Positions 24,476-37,833 of a stretch of 64,000 bases of DNA are shown piece after piece (within the stretch, counting starts at the first letter, position 1; each line of letters starts with the position of its first letter). The DNA is taken from NCBI GenBank assembly GCA_964035545.1, contig OZ037768.1, positions 21,795,319-21,859,318 on the forward strand. Reading direction: 5' to 3'. This DNA is from Bugula neritina. Its lineage: Eukaryota; Animalia; Bryozoa. Made by a program: the position numbers and the translations under genes. The notes beneath the pieces were generated by a model that saw only the letters and a list, made by a program, of their open reading frames with translations, searched no databases and was not told where the DNA came from.

Positions 24476-26599
24476 TATTTTGTATATTTATTTATATTTG
24501 TATGATATAACAACGAGTTGCCAATTTCACTAGATGTAAAGCAATGCTTGAAAGATGATGTATTCAATGGTACTATCACTTCATGCAGCCTATATTTTTC
24601 TGTATTTATCTTATCAACACAGTAGCAAAATATAATCTGAACTTATCATTGCGATTTTTCTGACCTTTTAGACTAACATTCAAAATTCTTCTCAGCCCTA
24701 AAATTATTTCTGCACTTGGATAGGCGACCCCTCTTTGAAGCAATTCATCTTTGAGCTCTTCAGTCTGAAATGTGTAATTATCACAGCATATATATATGCA
24801 CATGAATGTGCTTATTTACGTCAGCTTGATTTCATACCTTCATCGTCTGACAGACTGCCAGGCTCCCTTTATTAAACCCATTTTCCTACGTTTTGGTTTT
24901 ATGGAGCAAACTATAGAAAGCTCCTTATTTGCTGTATTGGCCGGTGTCACTAAAGTGAATGTCCTGGGTGCCACACATACTTGGGAACACTCCCGAACAG
25001 ATATAGGCATGTTCTTATCAAATCACATAGAAAATATAATTTCATATAAATATGCATTATTTTTAAGAATTTATACATGGAATAAGTTAAATATGTACTG
25101 TTATGATTGTGGCAAAATCTATCTTCTATTTTAATAACAATTTATGATTTATCACTCTTACCTCCACATTGCTGCCCAGCTTCTAGAAAATAATTTTAAT
25201 TTGTCAATAAATGTTCGGCCATCTTTTGAGCTGATTTTTTCTTCTAATTCTGTAAGGTCTTCTAGTTGAGTAGGAATATAGAGAAGTTGATCCTTAATGG
25301 AAAAGTTGTATTGTGCGAGTAGGTAGATGTAAGGTGATTCCACCACTGATTGCAGATTGACTGGTGTGTCCTAAATTAGCATAAAGTGAAAGCTTATGTT
25401 ACACAATTTTTGTTCTTCATATCAATAATAGTTTGATGTATTTAGAAAATTGTTTGTTAAAATCATAACACCTAGTCATTGGTTATTTCTATTACCAAAT
25501 ACTAAATAGCAACTGTGCTACTATAGTTAGAGCCTGGCCTATTGAAGTAGTATTAATTCAAGTAAAATGGCCCTAATTCTAAGGTGTGCTAGAGTGAGCT
25601 TGCATAATTCGATCAGCTTACTTTACAATTCAGCTTTAAAGATTCTTCATTTGTGTAGTATGTGCATGGATCATACAAAGACCAAACCATGAACAAGTAA
25701 TGGCTTTTACCTGAAAAAGTGTATGAGGTATTAAGGTGGATAACTTGATTATGTAACTAACATCCATTTGCACTACAAATACAGGAATGAATAAATATTT
25801 ACCAGCAATTTCTGAATGGTCATGCCACAAAACCATATGTCCGCTTTGTGTGACTTCTTTGAGGCATTCCTAAGGGCTGTCCATACTACCCACTACTATC
25901 CCTAAACATATAATTTTAAAGAATTCAATATGATTCGAGAATGAATTATGGTAGTTTCAGGGACTAAATTTTTATGGTCTCAGTCTTAGAAAACATACAG
26001 TAAAACATATCTAGAAATATTTCAGAAGTCTTAAGGTTTCCTCGGTTTTTACAAGGCATGCCTATATTGATATAAGCCTAGCTCCACAATGCAAACATGT
26101 TAGCTGTGAATTTCTTTGTTTCAGTTTTGATATATCCTGTTCAAATAAAGTTATCCAATAAGTAAATTGGGGTTGTGCTACCATGGATAACAGGGGGCTG
26201 CAAAATCAAACGAACATCACCCGTTTCTACGGTGCCATTATCATGATTGAAACTAATTTTTTTTTAATTTTTGATCACAAACTCCACTTGACAGGAATTT
26301 TCATCAGCAAAGTTTTTAGTAGCATGTGCTACAAAATTCCGGGTGGACTTTTTTCCATGAACTGCAACAAAAATGCAATCTCCAGCATTAAACTGGAAGC
26401 GCAATCTAAAAGACAATCTTTTTTATTTTTGCTCATGCAGTCATTACTGTCTGACTCATGTGCTTTTGCAAGCTGATATTTCTCCTCTCCATCAGTCTCA
26501 TTGCTAAGCTGCTCTGAGTGTGTTGCTTTCCCTTTGCCTACAATAAGGAAGTTAACCATCAAAATCAAACTGCAGTCAGATTTCACACTGACTATTACA

Positions 26600-27078
26600 A
26601 AGAAAGAGCAGAAAATTAAATAACTTGCATGTTTTTACTCAAATTTGTCAGCTAATGAATAGATTATGGGCCTACCTTTCCATTTTTGGGAGCTTTCTTT
26701 TTTATTTGCAATCTTTTTTCTTCAGCTATATTCACGAGTCTTAGCTTTAGCGGGGTGTCATTCATAATGGAGGTAGAATGATGTTTGTAGTGCTGAGTGG
26801 TTTTTCTTGGACCTGCTTTAGAGAAGCAGTGAATTTGTTCAGAGATAGTAGTGGCTGCCACGACCATAGATGTTGATGCATTGTTGCTGGGACTAGGAGA
26901 TAGTAGATCTAAAACATTGTTAGCTCCATTAGCGGCTGTGGAAAGAGAAGCATCATCCATGCTAGTGAGCAGACAACCAACAAGAGGCTGACCAGGAAGA
27001 GGCTGGTCAGTGATGAGAAAATTGTCATCTGGGAGAATGTGATGATCAAATTGATAAATTCTTGCTTTTTAGAAACCC
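26600..27078 (-). mobile_element. pogo/Tigger-like transposase C-terminal fragment
   Basis: GF*KARIYQFDHHILPDDNF...FSKAGPRKT..STSIMNDTPLKLRL..EEKR..KKK resembles the post-DDE tail of pogo-type transposases. Confidence 0.55.
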
Positions 27079-27489
27079 CACCCCAACCTCAATATTGGAA
27101 ATGTGCCATTTTTACCTACTTTGCCATTTGTGCCATTATTACCGGTGCCATTTTTACCGGACACCGAAATAGATAGCATACCTCTCATAGGGAGATGAAG
27201 CTTTTAAGTTGACAAAGCTAGCTTGATCTACAAAAACATGACACATTTAGTATTGTACTTTAAAGTAGTGTGTTGTGTACTAGAAAAATATAGTCTATAA
27301 TTTGTAGAAAAAAATTTCAAATAAGGTACAATTTCACTTTGAATGCAGTGCATTTATAAGAACATTTAGTCTCCTACAAACAAAATTCTGAGACACACAT
27401 CTTTCCTTTAACTTTCATCTCATGCACTTTTCTGATATCATCTTCTTTCTCACTTCTGCATTTATTTCCAAACAACTGTAACCTTCTTT

Positions 27490-28365
27490 TCGTTATTCGC
27501 GACTTTTACTTCTTGCCTTTTGCTTATGCTCATTAGTGTTGTGCTCTTCAAGATTAATCTCTAGGCAGTAACGCAGCATTCTCATCTCGCATACACTAAA
27601 TGTTCCTACAAGGTAATCGGTCAATGACCATGTTTTCGCTCCATGCAGTAGCACTGGTCATATTACTTACTATTTTGTAAATGAGCACCTTTAGTTTTTT
27701 GGGATTTTCTGGTCACATAAAGTCTCAGTCAGCTCCCTCCATTTATCCCAGGCTCTGCCAATTCGCACTCGTACCTCTGTCCTGCATCCTCCCTCCCGGT
27801 AGACTGTATTCCCCAGGTATTCGAATGTGACTTTTCAGGCAAAGTGGCATGTTCAGAGCTATTGTATTTTTTTAATTTGATGTGATCGCTGCCTTTTTTG
27901 TGGTAGGTACTCAGTTTTAGACTTGCTGACTTTTAGGCCGACATCCTCTAATCTCCTTCTCCAGTCTACCAATGTTTCTTCTGTGTTGTCAATTCTCTCA
28001 CCACATAATACCAGAACATCTTGCAAACAGCATGCTCCATGGTGTGTCTGCCATTATAGTTATTAAAAGTAATGGGCTTAGGGCTGAGCTCTGGTGTAGT
28101 CCAAATTCCAATCTTATTTCTCCCGCTTCTCTTGCATTTGTTACTAGTTTTGTTGTTGTGCCTTTGTGCATATATTTGATGATAGTGATGTAAGCTTTGG
28201 TACATAGTGCTTCTTTAAACAATGCCATGTTAGCTCTCTTGGGATGATATCGTAGGCCTTTTCCAGGTCAACGAATACCATATGCAGTTCTTTATTAAAC
28301 TATCTGTATTTTTCCTGCAGAATTCGAAGACAAGAGATGGGCTCAGTGGTAGATTTGCGTCTTTG
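27490..28365 (-). mobile_element. RTE-clade LINE reverse transcriptase fragment (degraded)
   Basis: STTEPISCLRILQEKYR, LHMVFVDLEKAYD, GLHQSSALSPLL, PWSMLFA, GLKVSKSKTEYL and FEYLG, with stops and frameshifts. Confidence 0.85.
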
Positions 28366-28450
28366 AAAATTTTAATCATTCTATAGTCTATACAAACCTT
28401 GGCTAAACCATTTACTAATTACTCTACTATTCCATTGCTGATAATTTTAG

Positions 28451-31400
28451 GTGACAGTGAAATGCCTTTAGCTATCATCAATGATAATATAGAACCACTG
28501 GTCGCTTACAAAGAAGAGAACTTTATCTATGAATGCCGAATTATTAAACTAGAAAAGTTTGACAGATTTGTACACTTTGTATGGTGAAAATACTATGGTA
28601 TTGATGAGGTTACTAAAAATTTTAATGTGACTCCTTCAAGTTCCAACTCCACGCTTCGCTTGTATGATGTTACGAATGATGCCGCTGACCAGTATATGTG
28701 CTATGTGTCTAACAGAAAGATGAACGATTATAAGATATTCAACTTCTGGTGAGACTTTATTATTGAATCTAAAACTATACCATTTAGAAAATTTCTTCTG
28801 TGTACTATTTCTCTAACAAAATCATCTATATTAAAACATTGACTGATCATTTTTGCTTTATATTTATCTCTGAGAGTGATGAACTACAAACTATGTGTGT
28901 TTCTGTTTAGGTAGTGTTGGAGAATTCAGAATTAAATGTGGATAATGACAAAACTTTGATGATTGTTGGGGGCGGATTATTATTTGTAATTGCCACTGTC
29001 AGTATAACCGTCGCTTGCACCAAAAGAATTAAACCGCCAAGACCAAAGAGCTGAATAGTATTATTTGATCGAATAGGTTTATTACATGAAACACCAGTCT
29101 TAGGCAAAGTAGAAATGCGAGCTATAAAAAGTAGATATGAGCACCTGTAGAAAGTGTGACTATAGGTGATATAGGCTTTGTTGAAATATCTACCCTATAA
29201 CCTTGCATTAAACTTTAAAATCTTGCTCTTTAATTTACCCAGTATTGAGTGCTAGTATATTAGGCAAAGTGAGCTACAGAAAACCAGCATTTCTCAAAAT
29301 GCTGGGTTGATTGAACCTCTACTCTCCCACGCAATGCATGTCACTGTTTAATTGCAGACTGAGACTTATCACAATTTATTTTCAGACTTGGCCAAGCCTC
29401 CCATGGTACCTCTGGTTCAGATTCGAAGAGGAAGGAACAGTCTTTCATATGCTGACTACGGATATCCACTTGACGAGCAATGGAATATCAAGCCTAGGAA
29501 CAGGTTAGATAGGAAAAAATTGTGTTTTAATAATGTCAGAGGAGTACACTATTTTAGCACTCATTTGCAAGTTTTGAAGTATGGACAGTCAATTTGAATT
29601 CTAAACTAGTATAAGATGTCGAAAAGTATAAGATAATAGTTAAGATGGTACTCGTAGATATTTGTAGGTAGTCTTTGATTGTAGGAAAAACTGGATCTAT
29701 TATCACAGTTGAAGTGTAGTAAAGTTTCAGAGAGCACACTAAATAGTCAAAGCTAAATTAGTTTCTATTACAATGGGAATTGTATTCCTTTATCTGTATT
29801 GCTAATGACAATGATGGTGTAATAATTAATTACCAACTCTTTTCTAATAGTTCATAGTCAAATTTTACTGTGTAAGTTGATTGTTAAGTTTCAAGTTTGA
29901 TCATATAATTAAAGGTTACACGAAGTAACATTCAAATCAATTTTTCTTGGAAACTCTTAGTACATTAGAAACTATGCTGAGTCATGACACCAAAACTGCC
30001 GAGTTATATTTTATTCCAATATCAACTACTGTAGGTTAAGTTTTACACTCTCATTGGCAGAGGGTGACCTGTTAGTAATTAATAATTAGTAAGTCTTAGA
30101 TTAATGGTTAGTAATATCATTGAAGCTGACATGTGCAGTCATACTGTGTGCTCTGACAGCACCTCAGCTTTACTGCTGCCAGAGTTGTGATTCAGCTCAT
30201 CATCTTCTAGGACCGGAGCAATATTGCAGGAAGAACTTCAGCTAAAATGAATTGGAAAAAGGCTTTGAACCATGCTTATTCTAACAGCCACACTCACCTA
30301 AATTTTATTGTTTTTCAAAAAGTCATGCTTCAATCGATTTGCCTTGCCAGTGGTTTATTGCTTTTCAACTGTTTTTATGGTCAAGCGAGCCACAAAAGTA
30401 ATAAATAGTTGGATGAAGAGATATTCTGTGAAAGCTATTATCACACATGCAAGGTGCCATGCTATTAGCAGATACTAGTTAGCTTCATCCCAACATTCAT
30501 TTGATTTTCAGTTCAGTGTTAGTACTTTATTACTGTTTGTTATAAATTAGCTTGGAATCTGCTACAATCTACCTACGCATGTGGTGCTGCCATTTGCAAC
30601 TAATGATAATAGTAATTGCCTCCTTTATTCATTTATTATTTATTTAAATTTATGTTATCTGTAATTATTATAAGATGTGTTTTGTGTAAATGATTTCATA
30701 CACTGTATGCTACTCATTTGTTTATTAACAGACTCTAAGTGATGTAACTATTGGGTGAAGGAGCCTTTGGCTGTGTTCACTATGCAAAGCTGAAGCTGGT
30801 AGCATCAGCTGACAGTAGTATGGTGAGCCCAGTGGCTGTGAAGATGCTCAAAGGTAGTTCATTATGAATCATTGCTCTGTACTATTGTAATGGATTTTAA
30901 TAGTTGCCGTCACTATGTTCTGAAAGTTTTAGTAATTATATCGCTTCATTATTATAACTGACTTGCGTAACTTTTTGAATGCTGTTAAATGTTGTAAGTA
31001 TAGCTGAGCTTTTATCGAAGTGAATAGCGTAATAATTGTGAGTTGCCCTTCCTATTTTTGTTTGTTTATAAAATACTGTAATAGTTTTTGTTGAGTTGTA
31101 TCCCCCCTGCCACTTTTTTGTGATAACTTTTGATAAGTTGTGTGAGCCAATGTTCCGGCGAAATCAGAGCCCGGAAACGATTCCAGGAAAGTTTGTTGGT
31201 ATATAAGTGGGAGAGTTTCCAGTGCTAAGTCAGTCTAACACTGGAGCTCAACCAACACACATCTATAGAAGAAATAAAGACACATATTACCTGAACTCAA
31301 GAAGACTATTGATCAACATAGTAATAAGGCATGCAGACTGCTTAGTCTATTTCATAATAACCCACAAGTTTACTACGCTATACACTATAATGTTGTTTAC

Positions 31401-33440
31401 ATGTGACTATATTTATAACAGTATTTAAGTTACCAAGGGTTTTATTTTCAAGCAGAGGTATTGGTTAATTATGATTTATTAAACTTCTGCTTTTTGTATT
31501 CAGAGTCTGTAATTGTGGTCAGTGTGAAAATATATGTTTTAGCTGACACCATTGATAGGGACTTGGTTGACTTGATTCAAGAACTGGAAGTAATGAAGAG
31601 ATTTTCTCAACATAAAAATGTCATCAATTTGATTGGCTGCATGACCACAGATGGGCCACTACGTTATTATAGAATACACCAGACACGAGAATCTAAGGGA
31701 TTTCTTGAGAACCCACAGGCTGAGAAATGCTCTTAGTAGTGCAGTGGAAAACCTCCCCTCCTATAACGACTTCAACTTAACCTATAAACACCTGGCTAAT
31801 TTCTCCTACAAAATCCCCACTGACATGCAATACCTAGCTACAAACCAGGTAAACTCTAAATTTACTGCAATCTTTTGTACTGGTTTTATTTAACATGGGA
31901 CTTGGTATTGATCAGAGTTTAAACATTGTAAAATAGAAAGCCCAGTCTCGTCATATTTAATTAGTAAAAAAGAAGAATCAAATTCTTTGTTATAGTTTTA
32001 GACATAGAGTTCATCTCTGGTAAATTTGAGAAACTTTTAAATTATTTGGCTGGAGAAGTCGTTAGAAATTTTTTGGCATTTTGTATTTTTCACTCAGCTT
32101 TATTAGCCTGTATTGCTTCTACATTTAGATGGAATTTGATAACACTAGGAAACCAGTCTGATAAAGCTGACTAGGCCGTAACCTTTTCTGTCAAATCCAT
32201 TACAAAAGAACATAATTATTTCTCATTTACCAGCTGAAATCTATTAGCTAGGTTCAAAGTTTACATCAAATTTGTCAACACTCTGAAAACTGAGTGAGTT
32301 TTTATTAGACTGCTTTCTGAGTGATATCAAGTTTGATGTCAAATGTAAGGACAATAGAAGCTTGTGCGATGATTAGCTGTGTTTTGTCATTACTGCTTGT
32401 GTTGTTCATCATTCATTTTGTTTATTTGCGGCATCCTAGAAATGTTTCATGTGGATTTATATATTGTACTGCCTTCACACAGATTTGGCTGATTGAGATG
32501 TGTCGATTGGTGATCAGTTTGTAATGAAAATCGCTGATTTTGGATTATCAAATGTGGCCCAAACAGATTACTACAAAAAACTCACAGAAGGCAAGCTGCC
32601 AATAAAATGGATGGCACCAGAATCATTGATTGACAGGAAAGACACCACCAAAAGTGAAGTGTGAGTCTAAATGTTTGTGCTTGTTAAAGCAATGTCAAGT
32701 CTTTTAGCCCATGTTCCTTAGAAATTATGAATGAGTAATAAAGTATTTCATTACTGCATAATTGAAGTGTGTTGGGATTATTCTATTTTAAGGTGGGCTT
32801 ATGGAGTTCTATTGTGGGGGATCTTTACCCTGGGGGCACTCCTTATCCTACTGTGCCGCATGGGAAACTGTTTGAAACCTTGAAAGAAGACCATCGCATG
32901 GACAACCCCCCCCCCTGCAGCTCTGAAACGCAGTATGTTCTCGCTCAACGGTGTGGCAACACTATCCTGATCAAAGACCTACCTCCTCAAAAATTGCTGA
33001 TGATCTTGCGAAACAGCTTGGAAAAATAGAAGATGTAAGTTTATAGCTGATGTTGTCATAAATCTAGTAGTAATTTTAGCTACTGTTCCTGCAACATCTT
33101 TTTAAATTGAATTTTAACCTTTCGTTCACCATGCTGATATTTCTGGTGAAGATTTGAGGTTACTAGTCACTATGCTTCTCAAATGCATAGGAAAGTAAAT
33201 TATTTGAGTGTTTAAAATAAATAAATTTTTACAAATAATTTATATCAAATATCTCTATTCTGTGACTACTTACATATGTAATGGATTATTTTATGTAATT
33301 TTTTAGGAGTATTTAGATACAAATTGCTGACCTACTACTCTACTAGAGAGCACAAGTACAGCCACAACTATCACTATTTCATCAGTACTGGAACTTCTAC
33401 TCGCCAATCTACTAAAGCTGCTACATCCATAGTGCTAGCT
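28451..33440 (+). pseudogene. Unprocessed FGFR-like receptor tyrosine kinase pseudogene (one Ig domain, TM, kinase)
   Basis: Exons ~28451-28748 (Ig: C..W*..YMC), 28911-29150 (TM), 29386-29503 (DEQW), 30732-30853 (IGEGAFG..VAVKMLK), 31543-31848 (DLIQELEVMK..HKNVINLIGCMT.DGPL, frameshift), 32470-32659 (HTDLAD*, KIADFGL, DYYKK..GKLPIKWMAPE; acceptor AG>AC), 32793-33034 (GGTPYP) and 33307+ (EYLD). Multiple disabling changes. Confidence 0.9.
31097..31502 (+). mobile_element. Solo LTR (406 bp) in an FGFR-pseudogene intron
   Basis: TG...CA ends, 4-bp TSD GAGT (31093-31096 and 31503-31506), TATATAAG box and ATTAAA signal. Confidence 0.75.
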
Positions 33441-35499
33441 TTTCTCCATTGTATTTAGTACAAATGCTGTTTACCTGTTCTTACTGAATCAAATATGTTC
33501 TAATTAAAATTTTTCAACTGTAATTACATTAAGCGTTCAACTAGCTGGTAGTAGGCTCATATTATTAAATGGACTGAGCTAGTCTGCAATAGTGTTTGTT
33601 TGGAAGATTAGTACGTCTTTTAATAATGGCTGTGTTATGTCAGGCTTACAATAATTTTAAAGCTTTAATATAAACACCATTATCATTATATTTTAGAACA
33701 ACTATACATTAACGTTTCCGTATATGATTATGAATTGCTTTAAAAAAAATATACAAAGACTTTATAGTGACCATTGCTATTTAGTTAAACAGTTTTGCAA
33801 TATATTATAATTCTTACTATCTCAATATGATTACAGCTTAAAAAGATAAAAAAAATTCTCTCCTGATTATTCTAAAATTTATTAGTCAATTTGAGTGCTA
33901 CATTTAATATATTTCCCACATCATTAATAGACTTTTTATTGGAAATTAAATATAAATGAATGGTTTGAAAACATTTTTAAATGACTTAACTGTTTCAAAA
34001 GTCATTCCCTAATATTTTAATAGAGATGTAGATGTGTGCAGTAAAATAAGCCGGCAGCAATGGATGAAAGTTGCACTGTATGGTAGCCTACATAGCGCAT
34101 TTGGAGAAAATTATTTCAAATTATATGGGAATTTGTAAATTACTTAGGAATTATCTTCTTTTGATATATATATGTCATAATTATGATCATAATCTGATAA
34201 TTTGCAAATGTTGCGATCAAGATACTAAGAGTGCAATATTCTTAGTATTAGTATAATAAATATTCGATTTATATTACGATTGCCAAACACTAGTGCGCAT
34301 TAAACATTGCAAATCATATATCCTATTCCTGACATGACCCTTGCAACAGGGGTAAAACAGATAACAAAATAGCTGTCTTACGTCCTGATTGACTTAATTA
34401 CCAAAACACTACATCCTTCATATATTTAGGTACAGCAGTGATTTTTAATCCATAACATAATAGCTTTATTAGAAACTTGCAGCAATCAAATCCTTTACCC
34501 AAATCATCTAAATTCTAAGCAGTCACCCAAAAAACTGCATATCTGCCCCTTACAGCTACCAACAAAATCTCACACACATGACTATCTGGCCTATGCAAGT
34601 CTCCTTATCTACTATGCTAAGCTAAATTGGACATGGAGTCTGTAACTGATAGTAATAGTCAGCACTGAGAAGTCAATTTTAGCTTTTAGTTGGTGCAACT
34701 AAAAGAGGATTTTAATGATGCAGGTAATTTTGGTTTTAAGTTTGTCAATGGCATTGAACAGATAGGTTAATAGTCTAGCCTAAAAACATTATGCTTTGGG
34801 AAAAGAGCATCTTTCTAAATTATTTGCTACAGCTGCATTCTAAGTTATTTAAATAATATCTGCAATATCATTTCAAAAGTCGTAGTCAAGCCTGTAATTA
34901 ATAATTATTTATTAGACCAGCCAAATAGATAAATATTGAGCTTGCTTCCAGAATCTGAAATAGTTTTACATTGTTGGTTGAAAAAGAAGTTATGAAAATC
35001 ATCTCCCTTTGAGCATCACGTATATTGCATATGAAACGAATTACTGGCCTCTTGTAATAATAATAATGAGGTGATGCTGAGGCTTGCCACGACCACATAC
35101 TTGCTCAATAGATAGTGGTGCTAGTTGTAATGGAAACAGGTGCAGCCTTAGCTAATGTGGTGGTTTGTTGCACTGAACTGGAAAAGATATTATTGAGTTC
35201 ATTGGTTTGTTGGCAATTGCTCAACTTCATGCTAAATTATGACAAGTAGGCAATACGCATACCGCCCACAGAGCGATAGCATAAAGGATCTGAGACTAGA
35301 TTATGAGATGAGTTTTCTTGCTGGGGATCTTGATCTTGATTAGGTTAAGTCCCAAGACCTCTCGGAGAGAGTAATTGTGGGACCCTCGGATCTATCCAGG
35401 CTCAGAAATCCGCCACTGTCTTTCCCCCTTCCCCCCTATGGAGCTCCCGGACAGTGCGCAACAGGAAACCCTGCAGATACAGGCTGGAATTGCAGGCTG

Positions 35500-36110
35500 C
35501 ACAGCATAGTTAAGGTCATCACCTTTGGTAAGAAAACAGGAAATATAGAAAATGTCTTCACTTACACATTAGGAGAAGATCCCCTGAATAGCTTTGGAGT
35601 TGTAAAATACCTTGGAATATTACTATCAGCAGATTTGAAATGGAATAAACATGTTGAAAGTGTAATATTAAAGGCATACAGAGTGTTAGGACTAATCAAG
35701 TTCACACTAGGAAATGCCCCAGAAAAAGTCAAAATTCTTGCATATAAAACTCGATCTTTGTAGACCTCTCCTGGAATATGCTGCTGAAGTATGGGACCCT
35801 TGCAATAAACATCTAATAACAAAATTAGAAGGTACTCAAAATAGGGCTGTACGGTTCATTAAAAAAAGGGTAGAGAAGTATCAGTAACAAATGCCAAATT
35901 TGACCTAGGCCTAGAAACATTAAGAAAGCACAGACAGTCACAGAGAATTTCTTTGTTGTGTCGTATGACTGCTAATGAGGATTTATTCCCAACCCTAAAT
36001 AACACCCTTAAATCTATGAAATCCTCCACCTATAACACCATATTAACACCCATAACCCGTATTAACACCTTCAATGCTATATTGCCATTATCATTAGTAT
36101 TTAAAACTAA
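35500..36110 (+). mobile_element. CR1-group LINE 3' RT fragment
   Basis: KYLGILLSADLKWNKHV..AYRVLGLIK..AYKTRSL/RPLLEYAAEVWDP..QNRAVRFI. Confidence 0.8.
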
Positions 36111-36132
36111 AAATGTTTTTCTATTTCCATTT

Positions 36133-36463
36133 TGTAGTGTTGAGTATACCCAGTGGCCTCCGTGGTGTAATGGTAGCACACTTGCTTGCAAGCCAGAGGA
36201 CTGGGGTTCGATTCCCAGTGGGGGCAATTATTTTACAAGCTATTTCGGCCTTTAGTGAAGTGTAGTTGTAGTACTCCGAGGGAGTTGAGTGGCCAGGGGA
36301 GCCTGATGACTGAAGGAGTAGTAGATAGGCTAGTGGGGTTCAGAGAACTGGGTGGGATGTAGTGTTGAGTTTACCCAGTGGTCCTCCTGGTGTAATGGTA
36401 GCACACTTGCTTGCAAGCCAGAGGACTCGGGTTCGATTCCCAGTGGGGGGCAATTATTTTACA
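36133..36463 (+). mobile_element. 331-bp TRIM with tRNA-like sequence inside both ~105-bp LTRs
   Basis: Direct repeats 36133-36237 and 36358-36463 begin TGTAGT and end TTTACA. TSD CATTT on both sides, and a purine tract gggtggga before the 3' LTR. Each repeat holds A box TGGTGTAATGG and B box GGTTCGATTCC. Confidence 0.85.
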
Positions 36464-37833
36464 CATTTCACAGAAACTTTCATCAGAAAAAACTTTAGTA
36501 ACATGTACTACAAAATTCTGAGTGGACTTTTTTCTATGAACTGTAGCTAAGGTGCATGGCTGAGGTTTGTGACTGGAATTCGAGAGGGGGAGGAAATGAG
36601 CAAATCACAATTTATTTTAGTCAAATACATGTATATTCCCTCAATGATATAATGTATAATGAATATCATGACTATCCATTAGTAGCAACAGCAGAGTGTT
36701 TTGTATAATGTATAAAATGGCAAAGCTATAACCACACCAGATGTAAATAGACCTAATATTATTCATAGTGTAATCTCAGGCTAAACAATCACAAGTAGGC
36801 AACACTATGCCACCCACATACAGCATTAACATAACAATATACCCCAAAAGAACAAATTTGACAGGTTTAATATTGTTAACCTAGAAGATTATTAAATGTA
36901 AAGCCAGACGTTAGTACAATCAAACATAAAAGGTTACTTATGGTGTTATACAGTTTGCAAAACCTTATTGCATTGATAATTAACATGCAATAACGTTAGG
37001 TTTTTGACCAAAATGTGGATATAGTACCTGTAGACCTCAGTGATAAATTTTCATTAGCCTCTCCTACACACATGGTACTGTTTCTTAAAGACATTTTGAT
37101 TTTATTTCTGAATTTCATGTTGGTTTTTTCCAAATTCCATTGCTTATTGACAAAATTCAAGTCCACACAAGATAGATAAGGGCAACCTTCTAGCTGTCAC
37201 TGCCTTGCTTAGGCCACATTATTGGTATATTATAAGAATTCAGTCCAGCCAAATAAAACCTCACTTAATTGTGCTAGAATTAAAATTTAAAAACCATGTT
37301 TTAGATCTTCCTGTTCCTCAGAGCACATGCTTTTTTGAGTTTTCAATATTTTTTTGCAAAGTTATAGACAAAAATCTACCTATTTTTGGCCAATTTTACC
37401 TGAAAAATTTATTTTCCAATCCCTGCCAAATATCTCAGCAGGAAAGCGTGGTATTCGAATAGAACAAACACTGTCGGAAACCTGAGAAATTTATGCATGG
37501 CACATTTTTTGATCTTTTCAATAGCCTTCATAGATTTTCTACAAGTTAGTGATTTATACACCAAAAATGAACGATTTTTTTCCTTAGTAATCACCAATGC
37601 ACAGCACTTCGCGCTTCAGTGAACACGTAGAGATAAGAAGATGGAATGTTGATAGCTGCATAATATTATTATTCATAGTGTAATCTCAGGCTAAACAATC
37701 ACAAGTAGGCAACACGCATGCCACCCACATAGCATTAACATAACAAGAACTTAAATTAGATTGTGAGCGAAATTTATGATATTCTCAGTGAGGATGCCCA
37801 AACTATCCTGTGCACTAATCATCTTTCAAAAAT

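Larger units (their letters stand above)
20997..25901 (-). pseudogene. Decayed multi-exon DDE transposase of RAG1/Transib(CMC)-like type with a SAP-like helix pair
   Basis: Exon-like blocks, mostly GT-AG bounded, read: HMVLWHDHSEIAG/KSHYLFMV..YDP..YYTNEE/VNLQSVVESPYIYLLAQ..DQLLYIPT..FIDKLKLFS[del]EAGQQCGG/VFPSMCG../TEELKDELLQRGV..LRRILNVSLKG/..[70 protein letters not shown]/..INHWLNQI*. FHxxxxHxPE...E..E parallels RAG1 YFHKTLAHVPE...SEGNE. Stops and frameshifts are present. Confidence 0.7.

Noticed and set aside
36296-36388. Hammerhead ribozyme in the TRIM (CTGATGA with possible stems)
   Set aside because: The GAAA core reads AGAAC, the cleavage-site base would be G, and stem I pairs poorly.
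36155-36452. Two functional tRNA genes
   Set aside because: The anticodon loop is 6 nt and the anticodon and T stems are mismatched. Both copies lie within TG..CA repeats bounded by a TSD.
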